From the human T2T-CHM13v2.0 reference genome, Homo sapiens, in assembly GCF_009914755.1 (NCBI RefSeq), contig NC_060932.1: a stretch of DNA of 64,000 bases; one strand, given 5' to 3'. This document shows, piece by piece, positions 13,947-26,427 of this stretch. The notes under the pieces are model-generated. The model searched no databases and had not been told where the DNA came from. It worked only from the letters and a program-made list of their open reading frames with translations. Positions within the stretch are counted from its first letter, which is position 1; every line of letters starts with the position of its first letter. The translations under genes were made by a program, and so were the position numbers.

Positions 13947-15580
13947 CGCCTATATCCCTCCGGGTTCGGCCGCTGTAGCGGAGCTCGGAAAGAGTGGCGC
14001 AGGGTCGCGGGGCCCCGCCAGGGGGCGCGCCTGGGGGCCGCGCCTCCTTCCCCGCCCAGAGATGCTCTCTGATCACCCCTCTTTTCTAGAGCTCTGCCTC
14101 ACTTACCGGCGCGGTCGCAGCCCTCAGCCCACTCAGGATAATGGCGACAGCTGAGGTACTGAACACTGGTAAAAAATTGTATGAGGGTAAAACAAAAGAA
14201 GTCTACGAAAAGTCCTCCTGCAGTCCAAGGACAAGATTACAGCAGGAAATGTAGCTAGAAAGAATCACCTGGAAGGAAAAGCTGCAATCTCAAAGAAAAT
14301 CACCAGTTGTATTTTTCAGTTATTATAGGAAGCAGGTATTAAAACTGCCTTCACCAGAAAATGTGGGGAGACAGCTTTCATTGCACCCCAGTGCGAAATG
14401 ATTCCAACTGAATGGGTTTGCAGAAGAATAGCAACTGGTTCTTTTCTCAAAAGAAATCCTGGTGTCAAGGAAGGATATAAGTTTACCCACCTAAAGTGGA
14501 GTTGTTTTTCAAGGATGCTGCCAATAATGACCCACAGTGGTCTGAGGAACAGCTGATTGCTGCAAAATTTTGCTTCGCTGGACTTGTTACAGGCCAGACT
14601 GAATTGGATATCATGAGTCATGCTACACAGGCTATATTTGAAATGCTGGAGAAATCCTGGTTGCCCCAGAATTGTACACTGGTTGATATGAAGATTGAAT
14701 TTGGTGTTGATGTAACCACAAAGAAATTGTTCTTGCTGATGTAATTGACAATGATTCCTGGAGACTCTGGCCATCAGGAGATCGAAGCCAACAGAAAGAC
14801 AAACAGTGTTATCGGGATCTCAAAGAAGTAACTCCTGAAGGGCTCCAAATGGTAAAGAAAAACTTTGAGTGGGTTGCAGAGAAAGTAGAGTTGCTTTTGA
14901 AATCAGAAAGTCAGTGCAGGGTTGTAGTGTTGATGGGCTCTACTTCTGATCTTGGTCACTGTGAAAAAATCAAGAAGGCCTGTGGAAATTTTGGCATTCC
15001 ATGTGAACTTTGAGTAACATCTGCGCATAAAGGACCAGATGAAACTCTGAGGGTTAAAGCTGAGTATGAAAGGGATGGCATTCCTACTGTATTTGTGGCA
15101 GTGGCAGGCAGAAGTAATGGTTTGGGACCAGTGATGTCTGGGAACACTGCATATCCAGTTATCACCTGTCCTCCCCTCACACCAGACTGGGGAGCTCAGG
15201 ATGTGTGGTCTTCTCTTCGACTACCCAGGGTCTTGGCTGTTCAACCACACTTTCTCCAGAAGGATCAGCTCAATTTGCTGCTCAGATATTTGGGGTAGAC
15301 AACCATTTAGTATGGAGCAAACTGTGAGCAAGCATTTTGAACACATGTATTTCCTTGAAGCAGGCTGACAAGAAAATCAGAGAATGTAATTTATAAGAAA
15401 CAATGCCATTGAAATTTTTAGGGGAAAAACTACAAATTTCTAATTTAGCTGAAGGAAAATCAAGCAATATGAAAAGGTAATTATAAATTAGAGAACACAA
15501 ATAAAATGTATTAGTGAATCAATGCTTCTCTAGATCCATACTAATAAACATGAAAACCTAAAAAAAATAAAAAAAAATAA
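13947..15580 (+). pseudogene. PAICS: Processed pseudogene of PAICS (AIR carboxylase/SAICAR synthetase); probably PAICSP4
   Basis: ATG at 14141 reads [23 protein letters not shown]; internal [28 protein letters not shown] and [22 protein letters not shown]; ends ...KKIRECNL TAA at 15396. No introns. Frameshifts at ~14209, ~14484, ~14720, ~15229; premature stops TAG 14326, TGA 15011, TGA 15325. AATAAA 15543, poly(A) 15560-15580, TSD AGGGAAACTATC at 13935-13946 and 15581-15592. Confidence 0.97.
14015..14028 (+). promoter_or_regulatory. CTCF core consensus match within CpG-rich retrocopy leader (GC boxes at 14013 and 14050)
   Basis: CCGCCAGGGGGCGC matches the CTCF core CC(A/G)CCAGGGGGCGC; motif only, no binding data. 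Confidence 0.45.
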
Positions 15581-15789
15581 AGGGAAACTATCATGCTTAA
15601 CTTAACATGACATCTGCTTTTGAAACATTTTATACATTTTAAATTTATGACACAGAAACTCTCCCTGCTCCTTCCTGACTCCAGGGCAGGCACATGCCCA
15701 GTGTTTTCAGGTGTTGGAGGTTGGCAGCATATGAGAAGGACAGACTGTAGATGCAGAGTTCTGACATGAACTGAGATCAGACAGCACTT

Positions 15790-16020
15790 AAATTCATGGT
15801 TAGGACTCTCAGCCTTGAAATCAGACTACCAGGGTCTCACTCCTTGTTCCACAGTTTATTTATTCAACTTCTTGGGACCTCAGAATCACCATCCAGAAAA
15901 GGTAATCATGAGAAAGCTACCTCTTGGGATTCTTGTAAGAGTTCACTGAAAATGAAATACAATGTTGTATGTTCAGATGAATGCTTTGTGCTTAGAAAAT
16001 ATTCAATAAATATTATTTGT
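15790..16020 (+). mobile_element. MIR SINE
   Basis: ATGGTTAGGACTCTCAGCCTTGAAATCAGACTACCAGGG...CTACCTCTTGGGATTCTTGTAAGAGTT...TATTCAATAAATATTAT. Confidence 0.65.
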
Positions 16021-16994
16021 AGTTAATATAAAGAAGCTATCCTGCCACTGTTTCTCATCTATGAAGATGATCTGAATTATAATCCCCGGTTTCTAATACC
16101 AAACATGCACAACACAATCTGTGGTTTAAAAGCAGTCAACTATAGACAATAAAGTATGAATTTCAGCTCTGTGTCTTTGTAGCTCTCTGGCTCTGGGTGA
16201 TTTTTACCTACACTCTCGTATCTAATATTGATAGTACTGTGTATCCCCAGAGTTTACAAAATAACGCATTTAAACGCCTGGCACCTGGTTTACATTGGAT
16301 AAATGCTAAAGCCACCTCACCTATATAATTTTACTGTGCATCTACCTGGGATCTACCACCAAAGCTTTTGTTCACAATCTGGCACCCTAGGTTTGGGAAT
16401 AAACTGTTTTTCTCACTCCAGTGTGGGGAAGTTTGTGTTGCATTTTTGAATGCTGGCATACTAGCTGTATGTCAGAATTTAGCATGTTCCAGAATGTACT
16501 TATTTATGATCCTGTATAAGATAAAGGTTGATTGTATAGCAATGCTCCCAACATAGTTCATGTAGTAAATTTTTTAAGTTATCACTGTGTAATTTAGGGA
16601 AGAGATGCCATTTTGGTTCTTGCTATTTTGTTTATGGAAAATAAGTCTAACTTTCTTAATCTCTTTTAGTACTCTTTTATTTTACAGACTTGCCTAAGTA
16701 ATAGAATTTAGTAGTAGCCATCAGATCTGTTCTGCCAGAGAAAAATGTACCCGAAAAACGTATCTTAAAGGTGCTATTTCTCTCTTCCCTTCATGTGCAA
16801 CTCAATGGAGGCCAAGTTATAGTGATGAAAAGGAATCCAGGATTATGTGTGAATCTTCAGAGAATTCTAGGAGGAAAACATTCGATGAGTTTTGTGGGAA
16901 AATACTAAGCTCCATCACTTGTGATATCCAATATTCAGTTCCTTTGGACAAACAAGACAAATACATACAGTTCAACATAATAAGAATATTGTAT

Positions 16995-17848
16995 CACATC
17001 CAAGCTGAGAGCCAAATCTGAGAGCACAACACATTCAAAATAGCCATAAAAAGAATAAAATAACTAGGAATACAGCTAACCAGGAAGGTGAAATACCTCT
17101 ACCACGAGAATTACAAAACAGAAAGAAATCAGAGATGACACAAACTAATGGAAAAACATTCCATGCTCATGGACAGGAAGAATCAATATTGTTAAAATAA
17201 ATAGCCATACTTCCCAGAGCAATTTACAGATTCAAAACTATTCCTTTCAAACTACCAATAACATTTTCCACAGAATGAGAAAAAAACTCTTCTAAAATTT
17301 ATTTGGAACCAAAAAAGAGACCGAAAAGCTAAGGCAATCCTAAGCAAGAATAACAAAGCTGGAAGCATCACACAGCCCGACTTTAAGCTATACAACCAAG
17401 CTACAGTAACTAAAACAGCACGGTACTGGTACAAAAGCAGACACATAGACCAATGCAACAGGTTACAGAACCCAGAAATAAAGCCACATTTCTATAACCA
17501 TCTGATATTTTACAAAGCCAGCAAAAAGAAGCAACCAGGAAAGGACTCCCCTATTCAATAAATGGTGCTAAGATAAATGGCTAGCCATATGCAGAAGACC
17601 AAAACTAAATTCCTACCTTTCACCATATAAGAAAATCAACACAACATGAATTAAAGACTTAAACGGAAAACCTAAACTATAAAAACCCTAGAAGGAAACA
17701 TAGGAAATACCATTTTGGACCTAGGCCCTGGCAAAGACTTAACGGCAAAGACTCCAAAAGCAACTAAGACAAAAGTAAAAATTGACAAGTGGGACCTAAT
17801 TAGACTAAAAAGTTCTGCACTGCAAAATAAACTATCAGGAGAGTAAAT
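16995..17848 (+). mobile_element. L1 ORF2 internal fragment (older primate L1PA/L1P4-like)
   Basis: GGAAAAACATTCCATGCTCATGGACAGGAAGAATCAATATTGTTAAAA...AAAACAGCACGGTACTGGTACAAAAGCAGACACATAGACCAATG...AAAATTGACAAGTGGGACCTAATTAGACTAAAAAGTTCTGCAC; disrupted frame. Confidence 0.93.
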
Positions 17849-17868
17849 GGGAAACACAAGCTAGTAGG

Positions 17869-17937
17869 GAGAGAGACGGTGAGAGAGACGGTGAGAGAGA
17901 CGGTGAGAAGAGACGGGGAGAAGAGACGGGGAGGGAG
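17869..17937. repeat. 12-bp minisatellite (GAGAGAGACGGT)n and variants
   Basis: Three exact units followed by GAGAAGAGACGGG variants. Confidence 0.85.
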
Positions 17938-18329
17938 AAACTTTTAAGTGAGACAAGAAACAAACACATGGAGATAAGCCAAGAAAACAGACCACTGGTC
18001 TTGAGAGGAGAGGTGCGTGGAAGAAGGAGAGGCAGAAGGAACGTGCCTGGGGTTGCAGGGGCTTTGCCTGTCATGGACACAGACCTTCACAAAGGTGGGC
18101 CTCTTTCCATACCAGGCTTTCTTACTACTTCTTGGTGTGGACTTGTTTTTACTCCTTTCTTTGACAATGTTTTCCAATTTTCTTTCCAATTCAGCCCTTT
18201 GACTCCCTGAAAGTTTATGTGTTGTGGGTGGGACCCCATCCCTTGGTCTATAAGGTTTGTGATCTTGAAAAGTGAACCTAATTTTCTCACCACAGCGCTC
18301 AAGGAGTAACAAACAATCCAATCCCCTAA

Positions 18330-18600
18330 AGTTGTATAAGAGCCACTGGAAAAATGTTTTGTCTCTTTTTGGCTAGAAACTAACGTGAGGAAATCTGAAG
18401 CAGGACCTTAAGCAGCAATGTTACCAACATAAGGGTTGAGCTCACTTAAAAATGGGCCCAACACAGAAGGCTAGTTAAGACATGGAGAGAGAGGCCAGGA
18501 TCTGGTACCATTGTGCAAGCCAATAGTTCAAGTATTTTCTGACGAAGAAGTTCAATTTCCTTCATTAGCATCGTGTGCTAAACATTTCACTTTGAGATTC
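18330..18600 (+). mobile_element. Probable old MLT1 (MaLR) LTR fragment
   Basis: GGGCCCAACACAGAAGG...GACATGGAGAGAGAGGCCAGGATCTGGTACCATTGTGCAAGCC resembles MLT1J/K/L internal motifs. Confidence 0.4.
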
Positions 18601-19751
18601 CTCCAGTTTGGGTGGCATTCTCTGACACTGACCTACAAAATTCCAACAGATATACTTTTTTTCAAAAAAAAATTTTTTTAGCTTGCATTCAGCAACAATT
18701 GGTTCATCTTATTCGAAAAGGTAGATTAATTTAGTTTCTTTATGTTAGTTTTCCTTTTTTTTTAAATACAAGATTGTTTATCCAAGTGTCCTTTATAGTG
18801 TGTGTCTCAAAGGTTAATCCTAAATCCTATCTCACTAGAAAAGTGGTGACATTCTTACCCAAGATTCACTGCCTGGTTTTAACTTTAATTCTTTCTACAT
18901 GGAGATCCCTTCCTCCGTATTTTCTAACAGAATCTCTCTCCTTATTTTATTCTTTCCTTCCTCCTTCCTATCTTTCTTTCCCATAGGTATTTATGAAATA
19001 AACACAATTAGCCAGACACAAAAGTAGAGATTAAATGTATAGAACTGAAAAATAACAGTGATAAAACAAGCAAACACATCCTAACTACACCCCTATAAAG
19101 GTGCATGGTCCCTAAGAGTTCTAAAATTCTTAAAGTAGTCCAGTAGCAAGAAGGAATTTGCTTTAAAAAATAAAACTCTAGTTTCAATTCCAGAGACATT
19201 TCGTCTTTTCATCTCTACTCAATATTCAGCAGTGGTACAGCCAATCAGTCTATCTTTGAACTCATCAGCTGTTCTGAATATCCTTCATTTTCTATTCCCG
19301 TTCCCTGGGCAGTTGTGGTTGCTGTCTGTGCTTTGGGTGATCACGCACCCATTCAGCCATACACCACACTCAACAGTTGTCAGCACGTCCATGCAAGAAA
19401 CTGTTGAATAGAGTCTCTTATGGCCCTCTTTTAGACTACTGTTTTCTAATCTTTTGTAATTATATGGGACACTCAATTTATAATCAATGGGTCCAGAACC
19501 AAAAGGAACAATTCTAGGAAGAGCTGCCAAGAAGCTGCATTCAATTACACCGATGCCCATTACTACGGGGTGTTTTGTCACTCAGTACCATGCGTTCCAG
19601 GCGTACTTGTAATATTTAAAGTGACCAAGTGTTTCCAAAGCTCAATTTTAACAGGTCTCTCCAGCAAACCTTTCCACCTACTGGTTTTGTGCTCTCTGCC
19701 AGCACATTTGAGTTCATATAGAGTTCAGTATGATTAAAAAGGGATGCAAAT

Positions 19752-19828
19752 TATATATGTATATGGAATATATGTGTATATATGTGTATGCAATATATAT
19801 ATATATATATATCTCCACACACATACAT
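19752..19828. repeat. (TA)n/(TATG)n low-complexity repeat
   Basis: Seen directly. Confidence 0.8.
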
Positions 19829-22033
19829 AAGCCATTAAGCCATTGCATAATTTGACATTCAAACATCCAAGTGGAAAATATAATATAGCACTGTCATATA
19901 CAATTTTTTCTTTTGTCTTAGAAATATAGCATAACAGGTCAGCAGGTACCAAATTCTTTAACCTTCAATGTCCTTGATCATGGAGTAATTATGAGTAAAT
20001 AAAAATTAATTGCAGCACAAGACATGATCATGATTTAGTTTTCCTTTATATTTACAAGACCTAATCTATGTATTTGTTTTAGGCTGGAAAAATAGAACCT
20101 ATTCTCTCAAATGATAACACAGAAGAGGCATTTTTATTATAGTACTATAACTACTACACTGATATCATTTTGAAACATAGAATAAATTTTGTTTCAAAAT
20201 ATGGTAAAAATTTCACCTTTTCCCTCCTCCCCCAGCTCTTTATCACTTTCTGCTCCAGCTCCATCCCCTCTCTCCTCCCCACCATCTCCCACGCCATCTC
20301 CCTGGTTCCCAGACACCTACACCAGGGCACAGTCATAGCTGTTCTGCTTGCAGAAATTATTTCTATCATTTACTGATACAAACTTTTTAGTTTGAGGCAT
20401 TGCTCACTATCATACTGTTTCAAAAAAAAATACAGCACTAATTATTGCTGTCAATAGCAATGTTGACGCCTCTGCTCAGGAGAAGAAAGTGTACATGGAG
20501 AGGTTGGAGGCCAAATCTTCTTTTACAGGGGAAACGACATTCATTGGGATGTGGACATTCGTTTTACCATCTTGAAAGAAATCTTTCTATGACAAATCAT
20601 GGTCAGTGATCTAGAAAGCAGGCCACAACCCCAGAATAGGAAAAAAAAAAAAAAAACTCCTCTGATTAAAAGTTTGTTAATAAGAATGATCAGGTAGCAT
20701 GTCTGATGAATAAAAATGTGATGTAAGTTGAGGTTTGTGTGAAAATGAACTGGCACTTCTGTTAGGAATAGTTAACTACAAAGGCTTACAGGAGTATTTG
20801 CATACATTTTAAAAGCAGTTTCTTATAAAACTATCTTAGTGCTCTTGAAATAATTTGCCTTAAGGTTGGATTTATATTTTTCTCAAAACTTCTGGAGATA
20901 AGTCAGATAAGTACTGTTCCCTCATATAATGCTTTATTCTCTAATAGACAGTCAAACTCAATATTGTTCTCTTCAATTGTTAAATATATTATTTTGCATT
21001 TTAACAGGTCACTTGGATCATTTTTATCACACTTTTTGTAATATTTTGAAAAATCCCACATTGTATATAAAAGGCCTACCATTTTGATATTCTTGCAATT
21101 TTTGTTAAAGGAAGGTCTCTGCATTTCCTTAGAAATGAGTGACTATTTCTCATATAGGAGGGATTTCTTTTCTAACATCCCCATTAGAAAATCAAGACAC
21201 TATTACATTTAATTATCTTATTTATGACAGCATTTAACACAAAATGGTTCCTCATTGCTCTTAAAATCCAGTACAAAATGGGCAGCAAGTCACTGTGTTC
21301 TGTCCCCTGCTCTCCTCTCCATCTCTGCCTCCCTCTCCCTCCCCCACGTCCACCTATGTGCTGAGAGATTCTTCCCCTTCTCTCACCCCTCACACGCCTC
21401 TGGGCTGCAAGGCTGATGTGCTCCATAGTCAGGAACCTCCCCATTGTCCCCATACCTTCTTTCTTCTGCTGACTGCTACTGGCCCATCTCTCTTAAGGCC
21501 ATGTGGCAGAGTATTTTCTCAGGAAAAAAGCTCTGAACAGATTATTGAGCCATTTGAATTCCATGCCCAAATTCGGGGACTCTGAAGTAGTTTGAATAGA
21601 AGCACTCAATGGTCCAAGTTACAATTTAGGAAAACTGACCTCCAAGACAAGAACTGGAGTCAGGTGATGATGACTGCAGATTGCAGGTGGCAAGAAATTA
21701 AATCAGGAGTTGGTCATTTAGAACACTGGGAAGGGAGTCCTACTATTGTTTCCATGGTGGAGTAAACCCAGAGAAGAGAAAGAATGCTGCCTTAGGAAGT
21801 TGGGTAGAAAGGTCAAAGAAAGATGTGGGGGGTGGGTGGGTGTCTGTTTAAGTTTCTGCTGTCTTTAATATATGGAAGGTAATAGTGAAGAATCAGGTGG
21901 AATAGATACAGCAAAAAATAACAACAGTAGACAGAAACTGGTAAAGACGTCTAAGAATGTAGTAGCCACATTTTTAGGTGAAAAGACGCTTAACCAGCTC
22001 ACATATTGAGGTGCAATCAGAACACATTTCTAG

Positions 22034-22349
<316 letters not shown>

Positions 22350-22959
22350 AGCTTTCTTAAGCTTTTTTTCAAATTTTCTGTTTTTTCTTCTTTAACCATA
22401 ACAACACACACTTGTTCCTCAGAAAGGAATTTCTAGGATAAATGAGTACAATATGGAAAATAATTATCTTCTGTGAACTGGGATCCGCAGATCCAGGCGG
22501 AGAGGCATCCTGACAGGTCCTCCAGGGCTCTTGTCAGTTACCTCCGTACCTGTGCACGCCTTCAGGTACTCTGAGTGCAATTCATAAATCACACTAAGTA
22601 CTGTACTGAGGCAGCCCTTCTTCAAATTAAACACAAATGAGCTATAAATGGAACCATGAGGTGTTGTTCTCATGTTAAGGTAGACTGAAAATATTGCCAC
22701 TAAGGGAAATACTCAAGGCTTTTTAAGCCATCACTACTTGATATTATGTTATTTCTTTTAAGCCTCTCTGATATGTCATAAAGCAAAGAAACAAATACAG
22801 CTAAGGGCAAGGCTTCAGGTATTTAAAATGTAACACTCACCAGGAGAGCCACTGGCATTACAAAGACAAGTAAATGTTCTTATTCCACAAGGAGTTTACT
22901 GTCTGTGGAGAGATCCAGGACCAAAAAAACTTAAGCCTCATCAAGGTGGTTTCGACAAT

Positions 22960-23631
22960 GAAGGGAAGAAAATGCAGGAAGACCAGCTCCCCCTGCATCT
23001 AGTTGCTCCAAAAGCCTGCATGAAAATGCCTCCTTTGCTGTGAGGCTGGAACAAGGAGCTGGCCAGAGGATTTGGCAGAAGGCATTCCATGGAGATGAGA
23101 TGACAAGCGACCAACGTGATGATCTTCACATATCCTCAGCCAGACCCAGCTTTATAAAGTTTATTCCTGATCTCCCTGTCTAAGGGCATTTACTTTAGGA
23201 AACTTGCATTTGCAATTTTCTCCTCTGCCCCTTTGTAATGTATGTAAATATCTTTGAGAGCTTCTTGACAGTTTTACCACCGAGAATGGTCTTTCTCAAT
23301 GACCTGGGAGCCATCCCTCAGACACGCTCTCAGACTAGAGAGCACCCCTGTCTCCCACTCACTGTGGGAGGCTGCAGACCTCGGCTCCAAGACCACTGAT
23401 TAGCAAACACAGGTGGCATACCCATGGGGAAAAACACTGGGAAACAAATGAGCAACCAACTCAACGTGGTGGACTCATCCATTGACCATTTCCCTCCTTG
23501 TACCAGGGCTCCAAATCCCTCCCATTTTTTATTTCAGTGGAGCCGAATTCAGTCCCCTTCCCCTTTTGCAATCACGGTGAGTAAATTCCCCTTTGCATGT
23601 TTATCTTGTGCAGTACAATTTCTCTTGGACA
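22960..23631 (+). mobile_element. ERV1-class solo LTR (MER31/MER67-like); 5' boundary uncertain
   Basis: TACTTTAGGAAACTTGC...GACCTGGGAGCCATC...CCCCTGTCTCCCACTCACTGTGGGAGG...TTAGCAAACACAGGTGG...TTCAGTGGAGCCGAATTCAGTC...TTTCTCTTGGACA end. Confidence 0.6.
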
Positions 23632-24251
23632 ATTGCAAAGGTCTGGGGTCAGGCAAGCCGCACATATGCACACAACTGAAACGCTATGGACACATTAGGT
23701 CTCTGAGTGTGGCTGCATGGAGGGGGCAGGACAGAGCGGCCCTGATTGCCTGGTCATCAGGCCTTTGTAATGCCACCCAAAGTGAGGTACATCTTATTCC
23801 ATAAAGAAAGGGAGACTGTCAGCTAATTCTTAAGAGAGAAGCAACAGATTCTGTCCATGTGTTCTGGAATGCAGTGAGAATCGAATCAGAGATGAATACA
23901 GATGTGATTGCAGAGGCCATGGAAGAAATGAGACAAACCCAGGCAGCAGCATCTCAGGCTCCAGGCAGGCAGCTGACTGAAGCCCACACAGTAAGGACAG
24001 GTTTCCAATGAGGGAGATGAGGTTTCATCCTTTACTATGCATGGTGAGTTTTAACTGTTTTGAAAACTATGTTTTAAAACAATGATGCTGCTCTTGCTTT
24101 TGTGGCAGCTGAGAGTGCACCTGGAATGAAGCAGGAGAAAGGGAGCATCTGTGAAAGAGTGTTCCGCCTGAATCTAGGGATCAAGCTGCCACTTCAAAAG
24201 CTGAAAACAGCAAAACCAGAACACCTAAGTACCAAATATAGGTCATGTTTT

Positions 24252-24339
24252 TATTATGTTGGCGCAAAAGTCATTGTGGTCTTTGCCAGCACTTTTAATG
24301 CAAAAACCACAATTCCTTTTGCACCAACCTGACCTAATA
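24252..24339. mobile_element. MADE1 MITE
   Basis: TATTATGTTGGCGCAAAAGTCATTGTGGTCTTTGCC...CAAAAACCACAATTCCTTTTGCACCAACCTGACCTAATA. Confidence 0.9.
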
Positions 24340-24806
24340 GCAAAAATAAGTACAATATAAAAGTACGAAATTATTCCAGGGTATGGGGGGAGAGAGAAAA
24401 AGAGATTGAAACAGTATAAAGCGAAGATATAGAAATCATGATAAAATTATCTGAAGCTAATAGGAATGCTTTCCTTAAGATTCACAAGCAACAAAGATAC
24501 CTCCTTAACTGGGATAGGTACATACAAATGTAGAAGATAAGTAACTTTTATAAATGCTGAGACTAATCATTCAGAGAAATTTAAAAATACTTGTGCTCAT
24601 GTAACAAAAAATGTATAATTATCAAGAGAAACCATATAAAGACATTTCCTCATGGATTTTACGAAAATCATCTTAAATACTTATAAAATTCCACAGAAGG
24701 GCATGACAGATCTCCATAAATGAAGACATACATATGTGCCTAGACTACAGTTTTCCCAAATGCATCTATGCAAAATTATTCCAGCCAAAATCTCGAAGCA
24801 TTTTTA

Positions 24807-25173
24807 TTTTTTTATTATACTTTAAGTTCTAGGGTACATGCGCACAACGTGCAGGTTTGTTAAGTATGTGTAAATGTGCCATGTTGGCATGCTGTACCCA
24901 ATAACTCATCATTTACATTAGGTATATCTCCTAATGCTATCCCTCCCCACTTCCCCCACCCAATGACAGGCCCCGGTGTGTGATGTTCCCCTTCTTGTGT
25001 CCAAGTGTTCTCATTGTTCAGTTCCCACCTATGAGTGAGAACATGCGGTGTTTGTTTTCTGTCCTTGCGCTAGTTTGCTGAGAATGATGGTTTCTAGCTT
25101 CATCCATGTCCCTACAAAGGACATGAACTCATCCTTTTTTATGGCTGCATAGTATTCCATGGTGTATATGTGC
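24807..25173 (-). mobile_element. 5'-truncated young primate L1 3' end (L1PA4/5-like) with 9-bp TSD
   Basis: TTATTATACTTTAAGTTCTAGGGTACATG...CCCACCTATGAGTGAGAACATGCGG...TATTCCATGGTGTATATGTGC; GCATTTTTA at 24798-24806 and 25172-25180. Confidence 0.95.
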
Positions 25174-25707
25174 ATTTTTAATGACTAAAAATATTCTAAT
25201 TTTTAAGGGAGATATTTTATTTTTAAAAAGGAGATGAGATTTTGCAATATATAAAATGTCTATTAAAAAGTACAGAATTGAAAATTGCTTACTCTGATAT
25301 GTGAACAGACAGGTTAGTATCTGACAACTAGTCACAGGCAAGCTAAGGTGGAAAATAAACTCTCAAAAAGTTACCACACTGTGTGTTGGAATGCTTTTTC
25401 AATAAAAATTCGTCTAAAACCTGGTCAATTCTTTCAAGAAAACTATACCAGTCTTCCACCATACACCAAACTAATTTTCAGAAAAATACCAATTTGTTAA
25501 AAAAAAGTAGAAACTTACATTTATTAATATGTATGTAACATTATGCTGATAAAAACCTCATTAGTAGAACTTCAAAACTAGAAACTGGGAGAAGAAAAAT
25601 AATCATTTTGGCTGCCTAAAGTTACATATAACCTCTGTATATCACAGATGCCATAAATAAATGAAAAGATAAAGTAAGACCTCAGACCAAAGTAAAAATT
25701 CAGCAAC

Positions 25708-25915
25708 TGTTTGCATCGGCCATTCTTGATCTGCCCTCCAAATTCACTCTCCATGCTTCTGCACGCCCACATCCTCCTTCCTCAACTCCTCCATCCTCTG
25801 ATATCCAGGGGGGTTTCCAGCAGGAGCGTGGGCTGGTGAGGACAGAGGTCAGGGCTTGCATTGGCCGACCCTGCGCATCTTTCCTTCCGGGCCATGGGTC
25901 ACGCCCCTGGGATCT
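25708..25915. mobile_element. Possible LTR33-like (ERVL) fragment
   Basis: CCCTCCAAATTCACTCTCCATGCTTCTGCAC...CAGCAGGAG...GAGGACAGAGGTCAGGG resembles LTR33; GC-richer island in L1 background. Confidence 0.35.
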
Positions 25916-26187
25916 TGATCAACTCAATACATGAGAGATGTGCTTACATAAAGTCACTACATGACAGGCACTCACAAGGGAATAAGAAAAAATGTTTTGA
26001 AAACTGTAAGAGTGAAACGGTAAGGGATAACACCGATGTAGCTCACCAGTTCATAAAAGGAATGATCAATTGGTAAAGAAGTTTATCAAAGATGTTCAAT
26101 TTAATTTATAATCAAAGACATGACTGGTAATACAATGACGAGTAATTTTAGCCCTAGATCATATAAGTGTTTTAAAATAGTCATCCT

Positions 26188-26427
<240 letters not shown>

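Noticed and set aside
14316-14774. 152-aa minus-strand ORF
   Set aside because: Antisense shadow of the PAICS pseudogene; no independent homology recognised
14496-15298. 82-aa and 67-aa ORFs with PAICS peptides
   Set aside because: Fragments between frameshifts of the pseudogene with non-ATG starts; not CDSs
17252-17857. Hydrophobic minus-strand ORFs (also 52795-53201)
   Set aside because: Antisense L1 ORF2 translations
21825-21842. G-rich GGGGGGTGGGTGGG as G-quadruplex
   Set aside because: Only three separated G-tracts
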